Program-made: the position numbers and the translations under genes
Assembly: GCA_043228905.1 (NCBI GenBank)
Contig: JBHGNT010000005.1
Coordinates: 8,990,001-9,054,000, forward strand
Source: Azolla caroliniana
Taxonomy: Eukaryota > Plantae > Polypodiophyta
DNA length: 64,000 bases
Direction of reading: 5' to 3'
Notes under the pieces: model-generated
Database searches by the model: none
Told to the model about the DNA's origin: nothing
What the model saw: the letters and a program-made list of their open reading frames with translations, nothing else
In this document: positions 13,020 through 25,435 of the stretch, one piece after another
How positions within the stretch are numbered: the first letter of the stretch is position 1
Layout: every line of letters begins with the position of its first letter

Positions 13020-13428
13020 CGTGGTCCAAACAAAGAAAAAAAAAAAAAAAAAAGATGTGGGCAAAATCGACGCGAATCATAGTAATGATGGGGAGATCAC
13101 AAAAGGTGGGAGCGCCACCATGCAACGAAGAGGCGCCATGCATTAAAGAAGGACGTGCACGTACTTGCTATTTAAAGCATGGAACGTGGGCACTCACACG
13201 CGGCAAACAAGAAAGGACATACTAATTATGGCGAGAGAGGAACATGCGCGAGAAACGAAAAAGGGCGGCTCGAGGCACAACCCACTATATAAGACACAGG
13301 CCGGCGAAGGGCTCACTTTTTACGAATTTTCCTACATACAGGCGCAGAAGCACAGAAGAGCGACCCGACGCACAGAGCACACACAGCGCAATCCCGAACA
13401 ACAGGCAGCAGAAGAAGAATTCGAAACA

Positions 13429-16327
13429 ATGGTACTGTCAGAAGAGGCACGCCAATGGATGAGGGAGAACGGGTTAAAAGGATTGTTGCGGATCGCCGAC
13501 GCTCCACCACACGCAGAACCAGAGCAGGCGGCAGCATCGATTGATTTATCAGAAGTCACGGAAGGAGCGGTGCAGGCGCTCACGGGGATAAAAGCAGGAG
13601 GACTTCAAACAATCGAAAACCCTTCAAGTGAAATCCTGTTCGAATATTTCGGGGAGTACTCTATCAGCAGCAAGGCGTATCGAACGCAGGGTGGAGAGAA
13701 CCTGTTGTTCGGAGAAGTGGCCCGCGCCATGATGGAATACGGATTCGTGAATCCCCGTCCCCCGGCCATAGCCAAGTACCGGGCAGCGTTCTTAATAGCA
13801 GCGTACGAAGGCTTACAAATAGAGTGGCTCCATTTCATAACCGAAGGATTGAAGGAGGCCATCAAAAATCCTGTGGAAGGAAAAAAGCCATGGGCCGGGA
13901 TAGCACAATGGCTAACGGTGTTAGTCCCACCGGTGCTCCCCATCACACAAAAGAAAAGAGGTCGGCAGGAGACGACGCCGAAAAAGGTCACAAAGCGCCG
14001 ACAGATCTTGGAGAAACACACCCCCGGATGGACCCAGCAAGAAGCAGAACAGCAGGGGGAAGGACCATCCCGACAGCAACAGGAACCGGCAACAAAGGCA
14101 AAACCGGCATGGTAAAGGCAAAGGGAAATCGGCCGAGGAGGAACCGGTAGCGCGCAAACCAATCCATATAACGCTGCGACGGCCGGAACCGGAACCAGAG
14201 GTCTTTATACAAAAGGTCCGTCTGGTAACCGCACCGGAGGAGGAAGCTGAAACAGAAGACTCATCCGAACCACTGGTAAGACTCCCAGCAAGCAAAGGTC
14301 GGGAGAAACGGGCGAAAGGACCGGCTCCACCAGTGGACAGAACTCAGCAGAGGGCGCAAGGACCATCTCCAGTAGCCGAGGCGGAAACAGCACCGAAACC
14401 CGTACCGAGGGAAGCAGCACCGACACCAGTTGGGCCGAACTTCAGAGAACCGGTTATCCCAGAGAAGAAGAAGGAACAAGCGTCGGAGCCGGAGCCAGAG
14501 AAGAGGCCAGAAAAACAGCCTGAGTTAAGTGAGCAAGGCCACCCCGACACAGGAAGAACAAAGCCACAATGGCTGAGATGGCTTTCGGAGCAGTTATTGG
14601 GAGTAGCGGACCAGTTAGAAAAAGAAGAAACGTGTAGGCAACAGCTGACGCATACAACAACTCAGGAGTTGGTCGCGCTCCGAACACAGATCGAGGAAAT
14701 GCAAGGGGAGCTGTTGCATGCAAGGGAAGGAATTCAACAAGCACAAGTTGTCACCGAGCCGGTCGGGACAACAAGGAAGCAACCAGAACCGGAACCGGTA
14801 GCCTTGCAAACCGGCCCTGAGACCGAAAAAATAATAGAAACCTTACGAGAGGAGTTAAAAGCTCAGGAGGCATTAAGGGAAAGAGAAAGGGAGCAGCGGA
14901 AAGTAGTGGAGGACGACAGACGAAAAATGGAAGAAGGCCTCCGGAAAGGTCGAGCCGCTAATGACCAACTGCAAGAAGAAAAAGAGAAGCTGCAAAAGGA
15001 GAAGGACAGACTACGTCGACATGCCGAGCAAGAGATAGAACGACTGCAGGAAGAACTCCGACAACAGAAGGACCAGGACGATCGGTTAAGAGCTCAGGCA
15101 AACCGACGCCTGAAGCAGAAGTCGGAGGACTTCGACCGTCTCTACCGAGATCACAAGCAGGCCGAGTCGGACAACAAGAAACGGACAGCAGACTACGACC
15201 GGCAAATAGAGAAGCTGAAAGAACAGCTCAAAGAGACCCGATTAGACCTGGCTAAGGCAATGGATGAGGTCAGTGCCAACAAGGAAGCATTGTCGGCGGA
15301 AATAGCCCAAGCAACGGAGAGAAGGAAGGAATTAGAGGCGCTAAGGCGGGAAAAGCTGGACCTGACCAAGATCAGGAATGAAGAAAAGGAAAATTCGACC
15401 TTCACGATCAGCAAACTGCAAAGTACCTATGAAAAGCAGAAAGCGGATTACGAGGCCCAGGCTCAGATAATGGCCGACATTATAAAACGAGCAAGGAAGG
15501 AAAAACAGGAAGCTTATGCGCATGCTAAGGCAGGGGTTGACCGGATCAAGCTCATCATGTCAGGATGGAGTACCCGAGCTAAGGCAAGCATCAACGAAAG
15601 TACGGAAAAGCTATGGAAGGAGTGGTCACAACAGGCAGCCGAGCTGCAGACACTCCGAGCGGATGCCGAGAATCGGAGGAAGACCGGTGACAAGTTCTAC
15701 AAGATGGATGAGGAATGTATCGTCGCCATTCGGGAAGAATTGTCGGAAGATTTCTACACTTTAGCGGAAGAACATCTCAAAGAAATCCGAGGGTTGGTAG
15801 AGAGGTTGGATGACGGGCAGCTCGCAACTTAGTTGGAGTTGGAGAGATACGAGCAGGACCGGTTACGACAGGAAGCTAAGGGAAGAACGACGCCAATCAC
15901 TATTGGTGAGGGAACGCGACCGGCTGAAGATGAACCAACCGACACCGAACAACCCCGACGAGGAATACCCGAAGACGAACTTGAAGAAGAGCAGGAGCGG
16001 ACCGATGCCGGAGAAGAAGAAGAGCTGAGACCGGAAGACACCAGAGCAGAGGAAGGAGGCATATCGAGTCGACCAGTCGAGACCGGAGAAAGCGACACCG
16101 GTAACAGAACAAAGCCAGGAACGGAGGGAGAACAGGAAGAACCCGGACGAAGCGGTGAGGAAGCACCGGCACCACAGAATCAAGCAGAGCCGGAGCAGCA
16201 AATTTTTACGGAACAGCCCACCCAACCGGAGGTCGGAGACCAAGCAGGCAAGGAACAGGAACAGGAGGAAGGAGCACCACTTGACACCATCGAGCAGAGT
16301 GTGCTCGATATTTTGGAGGAAGACTGA
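13429..16327 (+). pseudogene. Element D extra 3' ORF (~960 codons): globular N-terminal domain, P/E linker, long coiled coil, acidic tail; one frameshift (~14105) and one stop (15830)
   Basis: ORFs 13165..14115, 14333..15832 and 15833..16327 join up; homologous to A 26753-28353 (LSEEARQWMRENGLKGLL vs LSEAAKKWLRQHGLEGFL; YFGEYS..SKAYRTQGGE). Confidence 0.82.
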
Positions 16328-16377
16328 GGCCGGGAGTGGATTCGAAGTGCAAGGCACTTTCCCACGGGCGTGCCATG

Positions 16378-16765
16378 TGTTGGCCGGTCAGAAGAGCAAG
16401 GACAAGTGGGAAGGCGGAATCGGATCGGATAATAGGAAGTAAATAATAGTAGAATTATTATTCAGAGGGACGGATCCGGTACAGTTGTACCGATCCGGAT
16501 CCGAACCGATTCGGATGTCGGTTGCCTAAGCGCACCGATTGTAACCTTGCCGGATGCCTATAAAAGGATCCGATGATTTGTAAAGGGGACGAAAAAGTAA
16601 TACAATAGTAATTATTGCGTGTTTATCTGTATCTCGTATTGTTTACCGTCTGTGCTTAATTGTAATCATCTTACGCGTGTAACCTAGCATCCAATCCTTA
16701 CCACCCCTTTGGAGAAGTGTCGGATAGACACCTGTGTTGAGGCTAGTCCGGCCAGACAGACAACA
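16378..16765 (+). repeat. Canonical core of D 3' LTR
   Basis: TGTTGG…CAACA, copy of 6647-7034. Confidence 0.85.
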
Positions 16766-19700
16766 AATTCAAAAGCTTTAAAACCTCTATGCTTACAAGG
16801 GATAGTATCCCAAGCTTTCCAGATCTGGTTTCAATGCTTGTAGTAGAAGAAAGGAATCAGATGGATGATGTAAATAAAGGAAATCTTGAGAATGAGGGGC
16901 AAGCCCTACATAATAGTGCTGGAAGAGGCCGAGGAAGAGGCCATGGAAGATTTGGCTCAGCAAGAACCAACAATAATGGTTATCAAGGAAGAGGACAACA
17001 AAGCATTAGAGGAAGAAACAACAACAAAGGCAGGGGGAGCAACCAAGGTAGAGGTAAGCAAACATATGTAAATGATGATGGTTGTTGGTATTGTGGAAAA
17101 CCTGGCCACACACAAGCTGAATGTTACAAGAAGCAAAATGATGAGCAAAGAGGAAAGAGACAGCAGAATAACTATGCCCAAACTAGTGAAGATTGTGAAA
17201 AAGATGGTGCATTTGTGGTACAACATGAGATAGCAGCAGTGGCTGAAAGCTCACAGAAATGTAATGAAGAGTTTATATGGTATGTAGACTCGGGGGCATC
17301 TAACCATATGACTGGACATGCAAACTGGTTTGAAAGGTTGAGAGAACCAGATATTCCTGGCTATGTACAGACGGGTGATAATAGTACTCACCAAATAGAA
17401 CATGTTGGAGATATCCCATTGTGGGAAGAAAAAGGAAAGACTAAGTATATGTTGAATGTAATGCATGTTCCAAATCTTGCTAAGAATCTGATTTCTGTTG
17501 GACAGATAGTAGAGCAAGGTATGCAAGTAAAGTTTAAGCAAAGTGGATGCTATATAGAAAAGAATGGGAAGCTCATTGCAAAAGGAAAACGACAAGGAAG
17601 AATGTTTATTTTGGATGTTGACATGCCTAGACAGATTTCAGCTATGTTTGCAAATGGAATGAGTGTAGTCTCAGATGTGGAAATGGGGCATAAAAGGATT
17701 GGCCACATAAGTATGCAAACCCTAAAGAATATGTTGAGAAAAGATGCAGTGGATGGACTGCCAAAACTGAAAAATTGTGAAATGGGAAAGATGTGTGAAG
17801 CATGTCAATATGGAAAGCAAAATAGGTTGTCATTCCCTCATGAAAGACATGTACGTAAAAATTTGTTGGATTTGGTACATACGGATGTATGGGGACCAAC
17901 TAAGAATGCATCTATCGGTGGCTGCAGATTTTATGTAACTTTTATTGATGATTGCTCAAGGAAAACATGGGTGTATTTCATGAAAGAGAAAAGTGAAGTG
18001 TTTGAATGTTTTCGTAAGTTTAAATGCATGGTAGAAAAGCAGGCAGGTACAAGAATAAAATGTTTAAGATCTGATGGAGGAGGAGAGTATTTCTCCAATG
18101 AATTTTCTGATTTTCTATGCAATCAGGGAATACGAAGACAGTTCACATGTAGATATACTCCACTGCAAAATGGAGTTGCTGAGAGGAAAAACAGAACATT
18201 GGTGAACATTGCAAGGGCTTTGATGACAGAGAAGAATATGCCATTGTACTATTGGGCAGAAGCTGTAAATACAGCAAATTATATTCTAAATAGATGTATA
18301 ACATCGGGAGTACATGAAACAACTCTTGAAGAGTGTTTCTATGGAAGGAAACCTAGTTTAGAACACTTAAAAGTGTTTGGATGCCTTGCATATGCACATC
18401 TGCCTGCAGAAGTAAGAAGTAAGCTGGATCCAAAAGCAGAAAAATGTATTTTTGTTGGCTATTCAGAAGAACAAAAAGGGTATCGATGCTATAACCCTAT
18501 AACAAAGAAGATTGTGACAAGTAGGGATGTAATCTTAGATGAGTTAGCCAGCTGGTATAGTCCAAAACAGAATCCAGAGACTGATGAAGACAATGAGATT
18601 GAAGACAAAGACAAATCTGAAAATGTAGAAGACTGCCACAGAGATGGAAGCAAGGTTGGACAGCAAAGTCCAACATCAACAGAATGTTCTGGACCATCAA
18701 AAAGCTCAGATGGTAAATCTGATTCGAATTCTTGGAGTGGAAAAAGTGGAGGACACAAAAAATGTGATGATAAAAAAGGAAAACAGAAAATGCCAGAGTA
18801 TGAAATGTTGGATGACTTGTCTAAAAACATGGAAGATGAGGATTCAGATGTGTCATTGGATGATCTTCTTGGCATAAGAGGATTGAAAATCCCTGGTATG
18901 GAAAAAGCATTGAAGGATGCAAATCAGAAACTGAGAAGATCAGATAGAGAGAAAAAAATTGTTGAAAGATTTGGTTATGATACATATATGGCTATGCATT
19001 ATGCATATATGTCTAAGGTGGTACAGATCCCTGATCCAAGTAGTTTTGATGAGGCTAAAACTGAGAAGAAATGGGTGGATGCAATGCAAGAAGAGATTGA
19101 TGCATTGGTTGAAAACAGAACATGGGATTTGGTGAAGTTACCAAAAGAAAAAAATGTGGTAGGTTGCAAATGGGTCTACAAGACAAAGCATGATTCCAGT
19201 GGGAATATAAGTAGACATAAAGCAAGATTGGTTGCAAAGGGATATGCCCAAATGCAAGGAATTGATTATGATGAGACATTTGCACCGGTTGCAAAGATGG
19301 CAACATTGAGGACATTACTGGCTGTAGGTGCAGCCAGAAGATGGTTTCTTCATCATATGGATGTAAAAAATGCCTTCTTACATGGTAACTTGGAAGAAGA
19401 AGTGTATATGTGTCAACCACTAGGTTTTGAAGATAGGAAGCATTCAGATTATGTATGTAAGCTGAAAAAGGCTCTCTATGGACTAAAACAGGCACCAAGA
19501 ACATGGCACAGAGAACTTTCAGATTATCTGAAAAAACTTGACTTCAAAATGTCAAAGGCTGATTCATCATTGTATGTTAAAAGGGAAGATGATTGTATTG
19601 TTGTGATTCTGATTTATGTTGATGATCTCATCATTGGAGGTGATTTCATGGATGAGATAAGTAAGCTGAAAAGAAATTTGGAAATGAAATTTCATATGAA

Positions 19701-20526
19701 AGATTTGGGAGATCTGAGATATTTTTTGGGTATTGAAATCATCAGATCTGAAAGTGGTATATGTGTGTTGCAAAGACAATATGCAACAACTATGTTGAAA
19801 AAGTATGGTATGCTTGGATGCAAACCTATTGGAGTACCACTAGATAAAAACTGCAAATTGAGGGCTGATTTGGGAGCCAAAATAGAAGATGTAAACATGT
19901 ACAGGTCTATGGTGGGCAACCTTATTTATTTGACCATAACAAGACCTGATTTGAGTTATGCAGTTGGATTAGTTAGCCAATTTATGCAACAACCAACAAA
20001 GCCGCATTTGGATTGCATTAGAAGAATTCTGAGGTATATAAAAGCTACTCAGAACTATGGATTGTTTTACAGGGCTGATTTGGACATAAATCTAGAAGGA
20101 TATACAGATGCTGATTGGGTTGGAAGCCAAACAGATAGAAGATCCACAAGTGGATATATCTTTACATTGGGAAGTGCAAGTATTTCATGGAGTAGCAAGA
20201 AACAGGCTACTGTTGCATTGTCTAGTACTGAAGCTAAGTACAGAGGAGCTGCCATAGCCACTTATGAAGAGGTATGGATCAGAAGATTGCTTGCTGATTT
20301 GGGAGAGTTTATAGATGGTACTGTCACAATCTGGTGTAACAATATGAGCAGCATTCAGTTTGCAAAAAACCCAGTGTTCCATGCAAGAACAAAGCACATT
20401 GAAGTGCATTATCACTTTGTTAGAGAAAAAGTGATTGAAGGAGAAGTTGATCTGGTGTATGTGAATACAAATCAGCAGGTTGCTGATATTCTCACAAAGG
20501 GATTGAGTGTGGAAAAGCATACATAG
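16766..20526 (+). CDS. Copia C gag C-terminus and pol (PR, INT, RT, RNase H): open frame of ~1250 codons, separated from its N-terminus by D
   Basis: [81 protein letters not shown]. Confidence 0.95.
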
Positions 20527-20634
20527 TTTCGGAACATGATGGGAGTTGTAGACACTGATATGATGGCTGAAAAGCATCATGGAAAAGAAGTGGTAGATAA
20601 CCCCAAGAAAGGATAAGTTGAGCTTGAGGGGGAG

Positions 20635-21191
20635 TGTTGAGAAGCAAGCTCAACATGGTATGTGATGCTTATTAGGAAATAAGCTATAGTAGCTATTTAG
20701 CTACTTGTGAACATAAAGGAGAAACAACTAATTAGCTACTGACAGCTAATTAGCTACTGACAGCTATTTAGCGACTGACAGCTAATTAGCTACTAACAGC
20801 TATTTAGCGACTGACAGCTATTTAGCTACTGACAGCTATTTAGCGACTGACAGCTATTTAGCTACTGACAGCTAATTAGCTGCATACGTAAGTAACTTAT
20901 TACTTAGGTAAAAAGTAAGAGAGTAAGTAAGTAAGAAAGAAATACAGGAAGTAGAACTCTGAGAGAGAGAGTGAAGATAGAGAGATAGAACTCAGAGAGT
21001 GAGAGCAAAAGAGAGAAACAGACGAGAGCAAGTAGAGCTCCGTGGTAATGAAATAGAAGAAGTTTTGGCTGCTACAGAGGTAAGTCTCCTTCCCCCTTCC
21101 CTTCTGTGTTTGAGCACCAAACGATCCAGCACACCACGATCCGCCGCGCACATAAGAAGAGCCCGAGTGCCTTCTTCACGTTTTCTTAACA
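20635..21191 (+). repeat. 3' LTR of copia C (557 bp) with eight 18-bp tandem units
   Basis: Copy of 5173-5691 plus two units and one extra GA. Confidence 0.96.
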
Positions 21192-21196
21192 CTAGC

Positions 21197-21750
21197 ATGG
21201 TGAACATAGTCTTCTAGCGAGGAAAATTTCCTGCTAGAGAGGTTCATTAAAGCTTGAGCTGCCTCGGTTCGAGAGGGAGGTTGCAGAAATTGGCCCTTAA
21301 AAACCGTGACAAAATCTGTAAAGTATCGGGCAATTTCCCCATAGTACGGAGCCCATGCCACCAGGCGGCGGCCTTACCCCCGAGTTCTCGGCCGACATAT
21401 GCAATCTTCGTACTATCTGGCGTGGGATAGAGCTCAAAATGAGACTCCCATCGTCCCAGCCATGTGCAGATTGCTTCTTCGGTTCTTTCCTTTTTGTCTC
21501 CCGTAAATGGCTTAACGACAAATGATGGTTCACCTTGTCGCTCATCAGGTCTATTAGTCTCACGTTGTAGACTAATGACACGTGCCTCAAGAGCACTTTG
21601 AGATTGCCGAAGTTCGGTCATCTGTTGAGCGGTGAAACTAAGGTATTGGGTTATTTGTGCCAAATACATCTCAGTGGACATTTGTCCAGGAGGATTCCCT
21701 TGAGTTCCTTCCGCTTGAGCGGATGACATCGGGTCATTAATTTGAGCCAT
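21197..21750 (-). pseudogene. Element B gag N-terminal part
   Basis: ATG at 21750; KPFTGDK…WLGRWESHF…LGGKAAAWW retrotransposon gag motif; frameshifted. Confidence 0.85.
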
Positions 21751-22929
21751 TAAAGATTATTTCTTGAAAAGAAATAGGATAAGGTTAGAGAGATAGTCAT
21801 AACATCATGTCGTGATGTAAACACATCATGGGCAAACATTAATCGATATCATGATCTCACGTCAATACCCCTCTAGATGTATGAGATGAGGTTCAAGATC
21901 AGGTTACTATGGTAACACAAAGGTGTTTTAAAAACCATGGGGGTGACAAATAAATGTCTTTCCCTAATCTCTATATCGATTTTTTCATGGTGGCTCCCCG
22001 AGGCTCAATGATGTATGTTCGCGTCATGAATTGTTTATACACGAAAAAAATGTTGACAATAAACTATGTTTCGATGCCCACATATGTGGTTTCGGCTCTT
22101 TAAGTCCTATTACGAGGACCCCGAGGTGCACTTAGACCTTAAGTCTAAACATGTGTTATAGTCATATGTATCAAGGATGTTGTATGGTCTTGGTCATATT
22201 TCAACTCGAGACCTCAAGAACAAATACATTAAACACTTGAGCCAACCAAGTAAGTTGCTCTTCTCGAATGCTTAATGTTTGATGCATATAAGAGATATGC
22301 GAGGCAATTGATCATATATGTTTTTTTTTAAAAGAACATATATTTCAAGGGTCCTTATTTCGCCCTCATTTACCAAAACTATGTTGGTACGTTACCTAAC
22401 CTCAAGTCTTGTAATTACGATGGCATACGCCAAATTGCAACCTAATGCTCAAGCCAAATGAGCCTTCGTTTCGTAGTAGGCCCACGTGGCCCATCACATG
22501 GTCACGTCATTACGAATGCCTCTCGTAAGAACGAGCTCATGGTGGCATCGTATCCATGTAACGAGGGAGGGATGTTAGATACGTGCGTCATTGGAGCGAC
22601 CTCACTTGAAGTGGGTCAAGCCCTACGTACTCAACATCATTATGGCTATTGGCATTTCTTTACGTAACAAAATCGAGGTCATCAACGGGGTTGTCAACAA
22701 TAAAAAATTGTTGAAAAAGGGATGGTGACAACGCCATTCTCACAAAAATGTGAGGACAACCACCAACATCCTTTTCCCGACAAGGACAACTTTCGATATA
22801 ATCACGTAATAACGAATATACACATATGTTTACTTATCACATATATACGATCAAATACGTATATATATGACCACATATGCCTATATTAAATATATCGTTA
22901 TATTAAATAGCCACAAATGATGTGAGGGA

Positions 22930-23195
22930 GATACGTAATCGAGGTATATACCTCTACGCACACGAAACATCCTCAAATAAGAGATCATCGTAATACGCAA
23001 TTGAGGTATTGACCTCTTACGCATACGAAACCAACCGCATATCGTTTACAACAAATCAAGGTATTAAACTCATACGCAAACGTAACATATGTTCGTGAAC
23101 GTAATACGTAATTGAGGTATTAACCTCGTACGCATACGACACTCATCACATATTATTAATATGTCAAACGAGGTATTGACCTCGTGCACATATGT
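22930..23195. repeat. Five dispersed copies of a ~30-37 bp hairpin-bearing repeat with unrelated spacers, in the 5' leader of element B
   Basis: Consensus TAATACGTAATTGAGGTATT(G/A)ACCTCGTACGCATACG at ~22931, 22990, 23053, 23102, 23166. Confidence 0.8.
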
Positions 23196-23440
23196 AAACG
23201 TTTTAGATAATCAATTAAAGACCACTACAACATCATTGACTTAATGAAAAAAATTGACATATAAACTAAACACATGATTAGATGGAAGAAGAGAGAATAA
23301 AAAAAAAATTATGGAAAGAGTTACCGAAGTTCCTTGTTGATCGTTGTTTGGATCAAGGCCGACCGCACATCGATCGATCAGCATCAATCAAAAGACAAAT
23401 GAAAAACAAAGAAACATTAGTACATAAATCTGATACCAAA

Positions 23441-23895
23441 TTTTATAGATCTAGGTACTAAAGTAAGCTTAAGATAAGGATAAAATAATGATAAATAGAA
23501 AGGAGAAAGAGAAAGAAGGGTGTCGATCCACCCGACCACCCCCGAGCGAAGGGATCGAGACAGACTCGAGCCTCGATCGGCGTCCCATACCACCGTCGTG
23601 GCGTCGAGTCTTACCTAGTGCTGGCGAGCTCGCTACAAGAGTTCACCCACCACAAGAGCAGAGTCTCGATGTAGTCAAAAGATGATCAAATGAGGGTAGC
23701 TAGGCCTCTTATTTATAGCGATACCCAAGGCCCCCAGGCAAGTTCACACTTGACCTAATGGGTTGTCTCAATCTCGAGGATTAAAAGTAATCCTCCCCTT
23801 CTTTACACTCTCGTTTAACCCTCACACTTATCCACGTGTATAGAATACTACGGTAAATTCTCACCACGGGATATTAAATGGCCATGCCCGTAACA
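23441..23895 (-). repeat. 5' LTR of element B
   Basis: PBS adjacent at 23429-23438; TSD GGTAT follows. Confidence 0.95.
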
Positions 23896-25379
23896 GGTAT
23901 GCTGGCCCGATGGACGTTACTATTACAAGAATTTGAGTTCGAGATATTCCACCGACTCGGCATACAACATGCGGTAGCAGACTATTTGAGCCGGTTTGAT
24001 TCCGGCGAAACCTGTGACGGCGACCCAAACGAGTTCCCGGATGCAGAGCTATTTAGAGTCACAACTGAAAAGACAACGGATGGTACGGTCGCAGAGGAAG
24101 ACAAGTGGCTCACCAACATGCACCAATTTCTGAGCACCGGCTTACCTCCGGAGGAGATGAACAAAGACGAGAGGAAACGCTTAGTTGTTCAAAGCTGGCA
24201 CTTATGTCTATTACAGGACACACTATACCACAAAGGTGTAGATGGCATATGGCGGCATGCAGTGCGCAGCGACAAAAAGGACATAATATTGCGGGAAGCA
24301 CACTGCAGAGTGGCTGGAGGACATTGTGCCGAAGACGCTACGGCAAGGAAAATATGGTAGAGTGGACTATGGTGGCCAACAACATTCAAGGATGCAGTCC
24401 GGTACGCTAAAGAATGTGACCTATGTCAGCGAATGGGCCAACTAACCGAACAAGCCAGGATGCCTCACCAACCCATGCTACCGTTAGAACCATTTCAAAA
24501 ATGGGGGTTGTATTTTGTTTGTCCATTCAAACCACAAGCAATGAGAACCAGCAACCGGTACGTGATTGTCGCTACGGATTATTGCACAAAATGGGTGGAA
24601 GCCAAAGCACTACGCGCTAACACCGCGGCATCCATGGAAAAAAAATTATATGAATACATCTGGTGCCGGTATGGATGTCCGATAGAGCTAATAAGTGACC
24701 AAGGTGGCCACTTCTTAGGGCAAGTGGTGGAAAGTTTGACGACATTCTATACGATGGTGCATAAACGGAGCACTCCCTATTATCCGTAAGCCAACGGATT
24801 AGCTGAGTCAACAAATAAAACATTATAGAACATCCTTCGAAAAATCGTCAATGAGAACCGGACAGATTGGGATACAAAGCTGCACAATGTACTCTGGGCC
24901 TATCGAACAGCATATAAGACAAGTATCTGCACAACACCGTTTCGCCTAGCATTCGGATTGGAAGCAGTGATGTCGATCGAGTTCCAGGTACCGAGTTTAC
25001 AAATACAGATTTGGGAACACCTAAATGAGAAGGAATCGGAAGCGATCCGGTTAGCCACGCTATGCAAATTGGAAGAACACTGGCTAGCCAGCGTCATGCA
25101 CCTAGTGTCAGGAACTACACGCTCTCGACGAATCAACGCTCGGCCACAACCGAGTCTAAGATCAAACACAGAAAACAGATAATGAACGCACGACACAAAG
25201 GAGAGAAGAGTACACAGGATGTTTAACGTAGAAAACCCTGAGAGGGAAAAACCACGAGAGTCCACAGACTCCAAACTATCACTATATCACAATGATTACA
25301 ACAGTGAGCTCACGGAGGCAACGACCTCGCGCTCATGATCTTCGCCACAGGCGGCGGTTACAACAGAGGCAACGACCTC

Positions 25380-25435
<56 letters not shown>

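Larger units (their letters stand above)
6331..16765 (+). mobile_element. Element D: young Athila-like Ty3/gypsy with an extra 3' ORF and extended terminal repeats
   Basis: ~704-bp direct repeats (6331-7034, 16062-16765) about 99% identical by eye; gag-PR-RT-RH-INT; PBS-like TGGCGACCAC at 7041-7050; no TSD found. Confidence 0.95.
5173..21191 (+). mobile_element. Element C: near-intact Ty1/copia LTR retrotransposon interrupted by element D
   Basis: LTRs 5173-5691 and 20635-21191 (TG…CA), TSD CTAGC (5168-5172, 21192-21196), PBS TGGTATCATAGC at 5692-5703, PPT GAGGGGGAG at 20626-20634, domain order gag-PR-INT-RT-RH. Confidence 0.97.
1347..23895 (-). mobile_element. Element B: Ty3/gypsy chromovirus, internally rearranged, interrupted by copia C
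   Basis: Two 455-bp LTRs (1347-1801, 23441-23895), TSD GGTAT (1342-1346, 23896-23900), PBS TGGTATCAGA (tRNA-iMet type) at 23429-23438 minus, PPT GAGGGGGAGTA at ~1802-1812 minus, chromodomain-ended integrase. Confidence 0.95.

Noticed and set aside
14095-14120. Programmed frameshift in the extra ORF
   Set aside because: The homologous region in element A stays in one frame.
13429-16327. Retroviral envelope gene
   Set aside because: No signal peptide or transmembrane helix is visible; the protein is charged and coiled-coil.
22930-23195. True CRISPR array
   Set aside because: Eukaryotic retrotransposon context, degenerate repeats and no cas genes; kept only as a hairpin array.
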